A stretch of DNA of 64,000 nucleotides, taken from a virus. The translations under genes and the position numbers were made by a program. The notes below the pieces were generated by a model, which saw only the letters and a program-made list of their open reading frames with translations, did no database searches and was not told the origin of the DNA. Positions 28,657 through 37,972 of the stretch are shown here, in pieces; the first letter of the stretch is position 1, and every line of letters starts with the position of its first letter. The stretch covers positions 67,446 through 131,445 of IMG/VR virus record IMGVR_UViG_3300013125_000003; one strand, 5' to 3'.

Positions 28657-29403
28657 TTACTTGTAAATTATATCTGACTCTTCGAACTGGTTTAGCTTGC
28701 TAAGAGCAAAAACTATGCGAACTAGAGCGATAACGTCCTTGTTGCAGTACTTTTGGATGTCTCCGATGTTGCCTGCGTAATACTCTGAGTGAACTTGATC
28801 GCCTGCCATCTCGTCCTTCGGAGAAGGAAGGTCGAACACTGCTGACAGAAGGTTCAACGAAGTAAACCCTTCCTGCCATGCGCCGAAGCTCCACAGTTCG
28901 GAAGAATCCTTAACGTCGATCTCCCACGGTTTCTTATCCCAAACCTGAAGAGGCACAGGCGGTTCCATTCCGTGAATGAAAGCTCTCTTGCAGATGTACG
29001 GAATGTCGAACCGTTTGATGTTGTGACCGAACGGCACGACTTTGTTCTTATACATTCCGTTGAACACCTTAGTCGCTTGAACAAGGATAGCTTTTTCGTC
29101 ATCTCCTGAATAGGAAACTATCTGAACGATCGGTGGAAGGTCAGGATCGTCCTGAAACTTCACCTTTCCAAAAGAAATGCACACGATCTTTCCGAACTCT
29201 GCCTGAAGGCCAGCCTTTTCTAACCAAAGCTGATCGTCTGACATCGCCGCGTTTTCTGGGTGTTTATCTATTGATCTCAGGTACTCGCACCTGCGGGACC
29301 AGAGGTTAGTCATCCTTTCGGATAGTTCGTTGGCAGAAGCTACACTGCCTGCTGTTTCTACGTCGAAAAATAGGAATTTTTCTATTTCAGATCTGCTGAA
29401 CAT
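28657..29403 (-). CDS. PolB-related stand-alone 3'-5' exonuclease
   Basis: FFDVET, AEFGKIVCIS, GHNIKRFDIPY, FTSLNLL and YCNKDV (DEDDy) motifs. Confidence 0.88.
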   Translation of the reverse strand: MFSRSEIEKFLFFDVETAGSVASANELSERMTNLWSRRCEYLRSIDKHPENAAMSDDQLWLEKAGLQAEFGKIVCISFGKVKFQDDPDLPPIVQIVSYSGDDEKAILVQATKVFNGMYKNKVVPFGHNIKRFDIPYICKRAFIHGMEPPVPLQVWDKKPWEIDVKDSSELWSFGAWQEGFTSLNLLSAVFDLPSPKDEMAGDQVHSEYYAGNIGDIQKYCNKDVIALVRIVFALSKLNQFEESDIIYK

Positions 29404-29420
29404 AGTTGTGATTTTTGTTT

Positions 29421-29448
29421 CTTATACTTCAGAAAGTGAACTTGGTTT
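29421..29448 (-). promoter_or_regulatory. AAAC-N18-TATAAG promoter variant
   Basis: Minus strand (TG)AAAC-caagttcactttctgaag-TATAAG, 17 nt before the exonuclease ATG. Confidence 0.55.
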
Positions 29449-29561
29449 CAGGTTCGGGCCCGCCCGTGGTAAATAAGATCTTAGGAATCAGATTTATTAT
29501 CTTATTGAGTATAAGTAGACTAAGAGACTTATTCTTTTATCTACACCCACCCAACACCCCT

Positions 29562-29617
29562 ATTCTATAAGGCACCTGCAAAAGGTTTCAAAACCGAGTG
29601 AAAAAATCGTGTAGAAT
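29562..29617. promoter_or_regulatory. Back-to-back divergent AAAC-N17-TAGAAT promoters
   Basis: Minus strand 29562-29588 AAAC-cttttgcaggtgcctta-TAGAAT; plus strand 29591-29617 AAAC-cgagtgaaaaaatcgtg-TAGAAT. Confidence 0.7.
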
Positions 29618-29641
29618 ACCGACAAATCACTACCATGAAAA

Positions 29642-30331
29642 TTGATCGTTATTGGCATAGATTTTTCGATTCAGTTCCCAGCTGTATGCATCTCTAGAGA
29701 CTTTAAGAGTTTCAAGTGGATAGCGTGTGTCAATACCTCAATCTCCAAATCGTACCGTAAATTTTTAGAAGACATCGAATTAGAGTACCGAAACCTGCAT
29801 TTCGTGTACTTGACCCCTCGGCAAAAGCCAAAAGAAAACTATTCAGCAATAGAACGATCCAAGCTGGCGAATTATTCCCACTTGGTGGACGTGTTAGCAT
29901 CAGAAATAAACGAAGAAATCGCAGGAGACCCAAGAGTAATCGTAGCCATCGAAGGAATATCTTACGGAGCAAAGGGTAACGCTTTGCTAGACATCTGCCA
30001 ATCAACCGGCATGATGAGAAAGGCGATTTTGGACAGAGTTTTAGCTGGGCACGAAGAGAAGGTGTTTATTTTCTCACCTGGAGAGCTGAAGAACGCTATC
30101 GGAGCGAAGGGCAACGCGGGAAAGTACGATGTTTACCGTGCATTCGTTGAAAATCCCTCCCTAGCAGCATCCAGCCAACTGTTAAGTGCGATAAATAAGC
30201 ATCATGAAACTATCGTCAAAGGGACTGTAGTGCAGTCTCCGTTCATGGACATGATCGATTCGTACTTAGCCGTACTTAAGGTTCATGAACTTCTAAAAGA
30301 ACCAGCTGAAAATGTCGAAAGCAAAGGCTAA
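29642..30331 (+). CDS. RuvC-like Holliday junction resolvase
   Basis: IGIDFS, VAIEGISYG, SPGELK..GAKGNAGK and DMIDSY motifs. Confidence 0.82.
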   Translation: MIVIGIDFSIQFPAVCISRDFKSFKWIACVNTSISKSYRKFLEDIELEYRNLHFVYLTPRQKPKENYSAIERSKLANYSHLVDVLASEINEEIAGDPRVIVAIEGISYGAKGNALLDICQSTGMMRKAILDRVLAGHEEKVFIFSPGELKNAIGAKGNAGKYDVYRAFVENPSLAASSQLLSAINKHHETIVKGTVVQSPFMDMIDSYLAVLKVHELLKEPAENVESKG

Positions 30332-30731
30332 CAAATTCTACATAAACAACAGGGAATTCACAAACGAGATAATACGATGCAAGTACGGGTTGCTTAACGA
30401 GGAAACTGGTTACCAGCACAAACCTGGAGAACTTTCTCCTAAGGCAATAGATTACTTCATCCTTCTAGCCAATAGGGCTATCCAAAAATTGACCTTCACA
30501 AACCCGTTGGACAAGGAAGACTGCATTCAGTCAGCTATACTTGATCTGCTGAGGTATTGGCAGAATTTTAACGAGGAAAAATCCAACAACGCGTTCGCTT
30601 ACTTCACGCAGATAGTAAAGAATGGGTACGCCAAGGAGTACAAGAAGATACACAAGCACATCGGGAAGGGCGAAAAGATAGAATTCGTGTCGTTGAACTT
30701 CACGGGCGAGAGCGAGATCTTTTCGATCTAA
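30312..30731 (+). CDS. Late-transcription sigma factor (T4 gp55-like)
   Basis: YINNREF, DKEDCIQ and NFNEEKSNNAFAYFTQI motifs; matching ATAAATA promoters precede structural genes. Confidence 0.85.
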   Translation: MSKAKANKFYINNREFTNEIIRCKYGLLNEETGYQHKPGELSPKAIDYFILLANRAIQKLTFTNPLDKEDCIQSAILDLLRYWQNFNEEKSNNAFAYFTQIVKNGYAKEYKKIHKHIGKGEKIEFVSLNFTGESEIFSI

Positions 30732-30747
30732 CACCTGTGATTTGCAT

Positions 30748-30756
30748 GATAAATAA
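30748..30756 (+). promoter_or_regulatory. T4-late-like promoter
   Basis: GATAAATAA 21 nt before the ATG. Confidence 0.7.
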
Positions 30757-30777
30757 TCGAAAGGTGCCGCTAGCCGC

Positions 30778-33700
30778 ATGAACGTCAACAACCTAGTTTT
30801 TTTCGATAAGAACGGTGAATCGTACAACCTTTCCTTGAACGCAGGTGGATATTGGGAAGGCGCTGACTATTTTTTGCCAGTGTCATTAGCCCTGTTCGAC
30901 GTGTCGAACGTATTCATCCTAGAGAACACAGCTCCAGGTGTTTACAAGTACCCAACTATGGAAGTCGGATCGTGGTTCGAAATAAAATGGGTAAATCAGG
31001 ACGCTAAGCTAAACCTGTTCCTATTCACTGTTCAAAGAGAGGGTGTTCATTCAGATGATCCGCCGTACATTCACAAGCAGGATTCCATCACTATAAATCA
31101 CAGCGATTTTGGTCAGGTTGGAACTCTTGACTTAACTTACCCAATGCAAGTGAACGTGGCCTTCACTCCAAGCGAGGAGAGGTCGTACACTAGGGTCATG
31201 GAAATCTATTACGTGGTAGGATCTACTTCGACCAAAGTGTTGGAGTTGACCTTCTATGGGGAAGGAGAGGACGAGGATGAACGTTACAGAGTATGGTTGG
31301 AAAACTTCGGAATAAAATTTAACCGTGAGGACGCTTTGCTCCTAAAGGAATATGACCTAAAAGAAGGTCTCCCTGACTGGTCTCAGATAAACGCTGCTAG
31401 AAAGAGCATGCTTGTTACGATAGATCAAGTCTATCCTTACGTTGGAACCTACAAGGGTCTAGTGAACCTCATCAACCTTTTGGGCTACCGTGACGTTCTT
31501 AGAGTAAAAGAATACTGGCAGGACGTCGACCCAAATTCGTTGTACTACCAGAATTACGCGATGGTGGACGTTACTGACCTAATGACTGTCGGAGATGCAG
31601 CTCAAGTGAATTTTGTTGATCTCAACGGTCAGATAAAGAATGGCGGAAAGTTTAAGAAGACCGAATTTTTAGCTCTCACCTACGCGTTTACCGTTCCCAG
31701 CGATACGTTCGATGAGGACGGATTGCCAGAGGTGGAGTCCACTACAAATTTCACGGTCGAGGAAATATTCTTCAAGCTGCACGGAGTCGGACGAAAATTA
31801 AAGCAAGAAATTCTTCCAGTAAACGTTGTCATAAAGGATATAATCGGAGAGTTCATATATTTTTCAAAGTTTAACTTGCGAAATTGGACAGACACAACCT
31901 TTATCGAATCAACCGATATAAACGATGATTACTCAATACACTTACTTTCGCCTAACACTTCTTCAACTCAGTTGAAGATCAGAGACTTACGTCCGCTTTA
32001 CCCTAAGCTTGACGGAACCTCTGAGTTTCCAATAGTAACTTTTAACCTCGGACAGATAGAACCTTACCAGGACGAACAGAAGTACGCTAGCGATCAGATA
32101 GATTACCTTATCGATGCGGTAGATGGGTACTACGAAAGTTTAACGAACTACGAGTTCTACCACATTGGCGAGACTAATCCGTTGGAACCAGGAGATGACA
32201 CTCTTTTAAAGATCGGGTGTCCTATAATTCTGGAAGCTTACATAACTGACTTGATGATCAAGCAGTTGGATGGAATAACATTTGAAGACTTCATACTTAG
32301 CGAAGCTACCACTTCGTCAACCTTAAACACTATAACTACCGGCACAAAGTATTTTTCGTGTGCGACGATTCAATCATTCAATGTTGGATCAAGAGTAAAG
32401 ATCACAGTTTCGATAAACCAATCCCTGTACATGATAGGAACGGTTACGGAAATTGCTCCGATAGGTTACCCACCTACTACTATAAAGGTTAGTGTTGATA
32501 CTGCTGTTGGAAGTGCTACCAGCACTGGGTGGACAGTTAACTTGGTCGATTCTCACTACACAGTTGGTTTCTTGAGGTACAAGAACGCTTACGAGATTGA
32601 ATGGATCATTGAAGGTCCTCAGAATTACTACTTTGAGTGGAGGGATAAGGTTGCAAACGTTCATAAGATACCTCACATGTTACCGTATTCCGGCGAGTAC
32701 ACGATAACTTTAAAAGTTCACGACATGCACGGTGGAACTTCTACAGAAAGTAGGAAGATAACCGTCATGGGAGAAGAACCAGTTCTCGAAGCGTTCGTCA
32801 AAATTCAGGATAAATCAAAGTACGATTTTAAGAACTTGAGCAACGTAACGGTTGAGGATCTAGGAAACAGCCCACTTTACTTTCCGTACGCAGCTGTGAT
32901 AAACTTAAACGGGGACAATGCTCCAATATCTGACGTCACTTCTCACTACTTAGATTGGTACACTTACTCGCAAAAATACGGAGTCGGAAGCCCTCAAACA
33001 GAGGTTCAGATATACAATCCTTTGGCAGGTTACGAAACTTACGAAAATTCAGCTCAACCGGCAAAGAACCGGTGGGGAACAGGTTCAGCAAACGGACAAC
33101 CGACACTATCCGACTACTCGACCGCCGCGATCCGCGATTTGAAGTACGTCACTTTTTCAGAAATGGGATACGTTGGCGACTTAATGGACGGTTTCTACAT
33201 AGATTTTGATAATCTTTACATGGACACGCCGGCTTCCTACCTAACCAGGATCCAGTTCGGTGGATTTTCCGAAGTAGAATTCTTCATGCTCATCTCAACT
33301 CCGCAAGATTTTGTCACTTACATGGAAACAGCCAATCTTCCTGGTTGGAAGGAGTACCGTTACCAAGTAGTAGGAAATCGCGTAAAAGCCACGTCAAAGT
33401 TCCAGGACAAGAAGAACCATTCCATACTAAAGTTTGAGTACACTCTTTCTGGCGTTTTTGATGCTCTGCCTTACTTGCCAAGTTCGATAGATTTAGACAT
33501 ATCCGACAAGACTATAAAATTGGGAATATGCACGCTGTTTCAAGCGGCAATGGTCGGGCCATCCGGACCTTTCTGGGTAGGACCGTCTGGCCCATGGTAC
33601 TACGGTCCGTCAGGTCCGTTTTACGATTACCCATCAGGCGGCCCGTACTGGATCGACGATGACGGTTTGATATGGGTTGGCCCATCTGGTTGGTACCCTG

Positions 33701-34599
33701 GACCTTCAGGTCCAATATGGGGAGGTCCGTCTAGCTGGCCTGACGAGCTCGACCCACTGTGGCCAAACCCATCCGGACTCCTGTGGCCTAGCCCATCAAG
33801 TTGGATGTTTCCTACTATCTACTCCAACACAACTCTTCAGTTGGGAGATAGAGTAAGAATAAGAAATTCGAGCGGCGGGTACGCGGAAGGTTTCGTAGTG
33901 ACTCTATCAGACTACCAAGTAGAGATAGACGTCGATCTGATAAACGCGGTCGACAACTTCGATTCTTTCGACCTAGCTGTCGTCAAATCAGTATACACTT
34001 TCGAAAAACCAGAGTACGTGTTCGACGCGACTACTCTAGTTTCGGTTCAATCCACTCTGTTACAAGCAAATGTTCAGATAGATGAAGACCTTCTTTTCCT
34101 AAACTGTCCATTCGCAGATACATTGATCTCGTTAAGTGATCACAAAGCAGCAACGGCATCCGACATAAGGTATTGGATTGATGGCGGTTTCGTAGTTTAC
34201 GATAACGATCTAGGAGAACAGACAGGATTTCTGCCGTCAGAATTTGATCAAAATTCGCTAAGCACAACTAACGTTAGAGCTACTTACAACACTATGATAG
34301 TGCCTTTGCACCATCCAGTGTTCATAATAATATCCAACTTACCGTCTAACATCGAGACCGAATGGACCCTAACGAAAGATTCGGTTGAAGTTGCTAAAGT
34401 TAAGACAACCTCGTACTTTATATGGAGGTTCGATTCAGCTGGAAGGTACAAGATCGTTGCAAAAACGATGGACACTCGAGGAAACGTTTACGAGGTTACC
34501 GCAGAGATAGATGCAGTCTCGTCAATGACAATTGACGACTATTCTAAGTACGTGGAAAAGCAGTTGAACGACAGAAAATTCGAAATGACACGCCGATAA
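30778..34599 (+). CDS. Large virion structural protein (baseplate-wedge-like motif, PKD/Ig-like segments)
   Basis: GTYKGLVNLINLLGY; PKD-like GEYTITLKVHD and GRYKIVAK; aromatic GPSG repeat. Confidence 0.7.
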   Translation: MNVNNLVFFDKNGESYNLSLNAGGYWEGADYFLPVSLALFDVSNVFILENTAPGVYKYPTMEVGSWFEIKWVNQDAKLNLFLFTVQREGVHSDDPPYIHKQDSITINHSDFGQVGTLDLTYPMQVNVAFTPSEERSYTRVMEIYYVVGSTSTKVLELTFYGEGEDEDERYRVWLENFGIKFNREDALLLKEYDLKEGLPDWSQINAARKSMLVTIDQVYPYVGTYKGLVNLINLLGYRDVLRVKEYWQDVDPNSLYYQNYAMVDVTDLMTVGDAAQVNFVDLNGQIKNGGKFKKTEFLALTYAFTVPSDTFDEDGLPEVESTTNFTVEEIFFKLHGVGRKLKQEILPVNVVIKDIIGEFIYFSKFNLRNWTDTTFIESTDINDDYSIHLLSPNTSSTQLKIRDLRPLYPKLDGTSEFPIVTFNLGQIEPYQDEQKYASDQIDYLIDAVDGYYESLTNYEFYHIGETNPLEPGDDTLLKIGCPIILEAYITDLMIKQLDGITFEDFILSEATTSSTLNTITTGTKYFSCATIQSFNVGSRVKITVSINQSLYMIGTVTEIAPIGYPPTTIKVSVDTAVGSATSTGWTVNLVDSHYTVGFLRYKNAYEIEWIIEGPQNYYFEWRDKVANVHKIPHMLPYSGEYTITLKVHDMHGGTSTESRKITVMGEEPVLEAFVKIQDKSKYDFKNLSNVTVEDLGNSPLYFPYAAVINLNGDNAPISDVTSHYLDWYTYSQKYGVGSPQTEVQIYNPLAGYETYENSAQPAKNRWGTGSANGQPTLSDYSTAAIRDLKYVTFSEMGYVGDLMDGFYIDFDNLYMDTPASYLTRIQFGGFSEVEFFMLISTPQDFVTYMETANLPGWKEYRYQVVGNRVKATSKFQDKKNHSILKFEYTLSGVFDALPYLPSSIDLDISDKTIKLGICTLFQAAMVGPSGPFWVGPSGPWYYGPSGPFYDYPSGGPYWIDDDGLIWVGPSGWYPGPSGPIWGGPSSWPDELDPLWPNPSGLLWPSPSSWMFPTIYSNTTLQLGDRVRIRNSSGGYAEGFVVTLSDYQVEIDVDLINAVDNFDSFDLAVVKSVYTFEKPEYVFDATTLVSVQSTLLQANVQIDEDLLFLNCPFADTLISLSDHKAATASDIRYWIDGGFVVYDNDLGEQTGFLPSEFDQNSLSTTNVRATYNTMIVPLHHPVFIIISNLPSNIETEWTLTKDSVEVAKVKTTSYFIWRFDSAGRYKIVAKTMDTRGNVYEVTAEIDAVSSMTIDDYSKYVEKQLNDRKFEMTRR
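33553..33804 (+). repeat. Coding GPSG/aromatic low-complexity repeat
   Basis: VGPSGPFWVGPSGPWYYGPSGPFYDYPSGG...WVGPSGWYPGPSGPIWGGPSSW...WPNPSGLLWPSPSSW. Confidence 0.85.
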
Positions 34600-34607
34600 A
34601 AAATCGG

Positions 34608-34616
34608 AATAAATAA
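34608..34616 (+). promoter_or_regulatory. T4-late-like promoter
   Basis: AATAAATAA in the intergenic gap. Confidence 0.6.
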
Positions 34617-34635
34617 CCAAAAAAGAACAACCAAA

Positions 34636-35748
34636 ATGGCTTTTAGCGAAACTACACTAGCGATAACTCCGATCTTGGAGACGACCTTTGTGTCAGACAT
34701 GAGGCTCATAATTAACGCGAACAACACCCTGTTCAAAAGTTCAATTGAGAGTCTGATAAACGACCTGGAGATCGACCTCATTAACAAGTACATCGGGGTT
34801 GACACACCGGTCAACAAAGTGTTCACTCAGGACTTGGTCGTTTCCAACAGCGTCGTTTTTAAAGCTGGCACCACGCCAGGCGCAGCTACGATCGCTAGTT
34901 TAACCCAAGCAGCCGGAGTTTCTACTCTTTTGGCCGATAATTTTACAATGACCAAAGCGTTCAATGCAACTGCTGCTGGATCAAAAATAGCCGTACCGAC
35001 GATAGTCATTGGCACTACCGCTGGAAACCTGCCAATAACTTACCCAACGACAGGTGGAGCAGCAGATAGAGGTCTTTACGTCGGAGATTCTACAACCCCG
35101 ATCAAGTCGAGGTTGTACGGAGAGGTTGAAATTCCAAAGCAAGCTATCACGCAGAGTTACTCAAATGTCGGAGGAGCTTTTTCTCCAAAGCAGGTAACCT
35201 TAACCGCTGCTGGAGATCTCAGCTACACCTACTCAAAACTGACCCTATCGAAGACAGACCCGCAGTTCATATACGTGGACCTAATCTTCCCGAGCGGTTA
35301 CACCAACTACGGAAATTCCATCTGGCTGCTTCTTCACGAATCGACTAGCGATAGGCCAGCAGTTGGGCAAACGTTTACCGTTATTCTTAACAGAGTGTAC
35401 TTGTACGATATGACAGAAGTAGATTACTCTCTCCTTCCTGCTATCTCAAATTCAGGTCTTTCAAACGGTATAAACGTTATTTGCGGTGCTAACTCTAACC
35501 TTAGCACGTACAAGAGAGGCCACATAAACAGCTCGGTTTGGGGAACGATCCCGACAACAGACGTAGCAGCAGTCGCTGCTGCTGGAACAGGAAGTGCCTA
35601 CTTTGTTAGGTTCGGAAACCAAAACAGCGTAGCAAATGCGCAGATCGCGCCGAAAGATTCATCTTTCAGCTTTACTAAGACTGAGCAGTACGCGGACTAT
35701 GCAAATTACACAATAACTAACAGTCACAACACTGTGATCATAAATTAA
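34636..35748 (+). CDS. Putative virion structural/fibre protein
   Basis: 370-aa T/S/G-rich ORF in the late block. Confidence 0.7.
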   Translation: MAFSETTLAITPILETTFVSDMRLIINANNTLFKSSIESLINDLEIDLINKYIGVDTPVNKVFTQDLVVSNSVVFKAGTTPGAATIASLTQAAGVSTLLADNFTMTKAFNATAAGSKIAVPTIVIGTTAGNLPITYPTTGGAADRGLYVGDSTTPIKSRLYGEVEIPKQAITQSYSNVGGAFSPKQVTLTAAGDLSYTYSKLTLSKTDPQFIYVDLIFPSGYTNYGNSIWLLLHESTSDRPAVGQTFTVILNRVYLYDMTEVDYSLLPAISNSGLSNGINVICGANSNLSTYKRGHINSSVWGTIPTTDVAAVAAAGTGSAYFVRFGNQNSVANAQIAPKDSSFSFTKTEQYADYANYTITNSHNTVIIN

Positions 35749-35759
35749 TCTAACAACGG

Positions 35760-37967
35760 ATGGCAGTTGCTCCTTTGATAAAACCGATACAAACGTCTAA
35801 GGGAATATTTTACACGTTTCAGAGCGGGCTTGAGGACCTAAACTTAACGTTCAACAATAACACGAACAAGTTCAGGTTTTCCAAGTTTGCCTTGTTACGC
35901 ATTCCTGAAATAGGAATTCCATCGACGCTCGTCACCGATAACCGAACTCAATTTCTGGCAGTCGGAGAAACTCCTATCCTAGACGGATTAAGTGCCAACC
36001 AGAACATCAACTTGGCGCTAAGCTTTCAAAATTACGCTCTGAATTTTGAAAGTCTTCTCATATCTCAGGAAACTTACATGAGAGAAAAGAAACTCAACGT
36101 TGCAGAAAGAGTTTTCTGGAAGTGGTTGAAGGAACTCAGCGCAATTCGTTGGAGAGCAGCAAACGCGACAGAAGTGATAAACACTCTACCGGTCGGAGAA
36201 AAAAGGTGGGCAGAAGATTGGTACGATGCTAGTTCTTCTACTTACAACCGAGTAGTTAAGTACATCGGCGACATTGATGTTGTCAACTCAGTTAGACACC
36301 AGGATAATTCGTACAGCGAACTTTACATCAACGTTCCAACGAACGTTGGAACTTCGCCGACCGTTCTGTTCAATTCAGTACCCGACGAGAACTACAACCC
36401 AGGAATGTTGATACTCAATGCTCCCGGTGATCCGCTGGACGTTGAATTTTTGAACGGACGTCATCACGACGATACTCACCCGTACGCCGGAATGAATTTG
36501 TACGCGTTTTTTGACCTAGATTCAGGTTTAAGCACGCAAAAATCAACTGACACGTTAAACACAGTAATCGATTGGAACCTTATCAGCCCAAGTTATTGGT
36601 GGGGAGCTAATTCTACGAACAACATGTATCACACGGACCAAGCAGCGTACTTTGGAACACCGTACGGGGTTCCTTCGTCCACTCCAAAGGTCCAAAAGAT
36701 TTACAAGACGTACACTGACGGCGGCGGAAACACTAGAACAGTTGAATACCTAAGGTCTACTCACGACGGTATGGTAATCGATTTCGACCTATCTCATTAC
36801 ACGGTAGCTGCGGATGATCCAACGATAAAGAGTTTAGCTCAACTAGCTGACTCCGTGTACAACTACGATTTCGAATTCAACGCGATCTTAGTGTACTACG
36901 ACGTGTACGATCCAGTTCCGTTAGAAGATAATAACGAACCTACTAGTGTTACAAACCTTTACGGAATTTACTTCCTAAACAAGGTAGAGCAATCCGGCAT
37001 CGAGTACGAGATACCAATGATCCTAAAAGAAAAGCCTAACGCTATCGATAGGACCAACGGTAATGCATTTGCTCACAAGATAAACATCAAATTCGATACT
37101 TCAATCGAAGACGTTGCTGTTGAAAAATCAATAAACGATTACTCAACATTTGGCCTAGATCTATTCCTTGACGTTTTAACCCAGCTGAGAAGTTTGCAGA
37201 CCACGTACAACGATAAGATAGCTGAACTCGAACAGCTCAGCGATGACCTGAATGCAGCTAAACAAGCTATGATCAGCACTTCGGGATTGGACGCTCTCAC
37301 TAAGAGAGTTGAAATACTAGAAACGACGGTTGCCGCTGCATCGGAAGCGTTCAGCGAAACCGATGCAATCATGCTTCTAATAGACAGCTTAAACCAGCAG
37401 CTAGACGATCTCTACAACAATCGAACTTCCATCCTAATGTCGTACGATTTAGCACCGTTTAAGAACGGGTACGGAATTTCTCTGGACAAAGCAGTAAACG
37501 GGCAGATGACCATCACGAATAATTCTCAGATGTATTCATCGTCTGCTCAGTTAAACTTGGCTAGCCCAGCCGTAACGGTAGCAAACGTCTGTTCTCTTGA
37601 TTTGGGCGTGTCTAACACTTACGTAAAACACTACAAACCGATATCAAATAATAATTTGAACCCATCTCCTTGGACTCTTTCTTCAGATTTAGAGATACGA
37701 ATCAACGATTCTGTCACTAAGTGGAAAACTGGACAAGTGTTCAAGCTGGTGATAGACACGCAGATAATTCCAGACGATTTCGTCATTTACGTAAAGACCG
37801 ATGCTAGCAACATGACTAACCAAGCTGAACCGTACGGAAGGATCATAACGACTCTAACGTCCGCTGATTTTCCGGACAATTATGGAAGGACAGGACGGCC
37901 AATTGTGGAAGTGACTTGCACCGATCACGTAAACTTGGTATTCCAGGTGGATAAAATAATAAGATAA
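35760..37967 (+). CDS. Putative virion structural protein
   Basis: 735-aa ORF in the late block with a central coiled coil. Confidence 0.7.
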   Translation: MAVAPLIKPIQTSKGIFYTFQSGLEDLNLTFNNNTNKFRFSKFALLRIPEIGIPSTLVTDNRTQFLAVGETPILDGLSANQNINLALSFQNYALNFESLLISQETYMREKKLNVAERVFWKWLKELSAIRWRAANATEVINTLPVGEKRWAEDWYDASSSTYNRVVKYIGDIDVVNSVRHQDNSYSELYINVPTNVGTSPTVLFNSVPDENYNPGMLILNAPGDPLDVEFLNGRHHDDTHPYAGMNLYAFFDLDSGLSTQKSTDTLNTVIDWNLISPSYWWGANSTNNMYHTDQAAYFGTPYGVPSSTPKVQKIYKTYTDGGGNTRTVEYLRSTHDGMVIDFDLSHYTVAADDPTIKSLAQLADSVYNYDFEFNAILVYYDVYDPVPLEDNNEPTSVTNLYGIYFLNKVEQSGIEYEIPMILKEKPNAIDRTNGNAFAHKINIKFDTSIEDVAVEKSINDYSTFGLDLFLDVLTQLRSLQTTYNDKIAELEQLSDDLNAAKQAMISTSGLDALTKRVEILETTVAAASEAFSETDAIMLLIDSLNQQLDDLYNNRTSILMSYDLAPFKNGYGISLDKAVNGQMTITNNSQMYSSSAQLNLASPAVTVANVCSLDLGVSNTYVKHYKPISNNNLNPSPWTLSSDLEIRINDSVTKWKTGQVFKLVIDTQIIPDDFVIYVKTDASNMTNQAEPYGRIITTLTSADFPDNYGRTGRPIVEVTCTDHVNLVFQVDKIIR

Positions 37968-37972
37968 TTGAC

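Noticed and set aside
29635-29644. Programmed frameshift at ATGAAAATTG before the RuvC-like gene
   Set aside because: The ATG is 1 nt out of frame. A TTG start or a homopolymer error is simpler, and it cannot be decided without reads.
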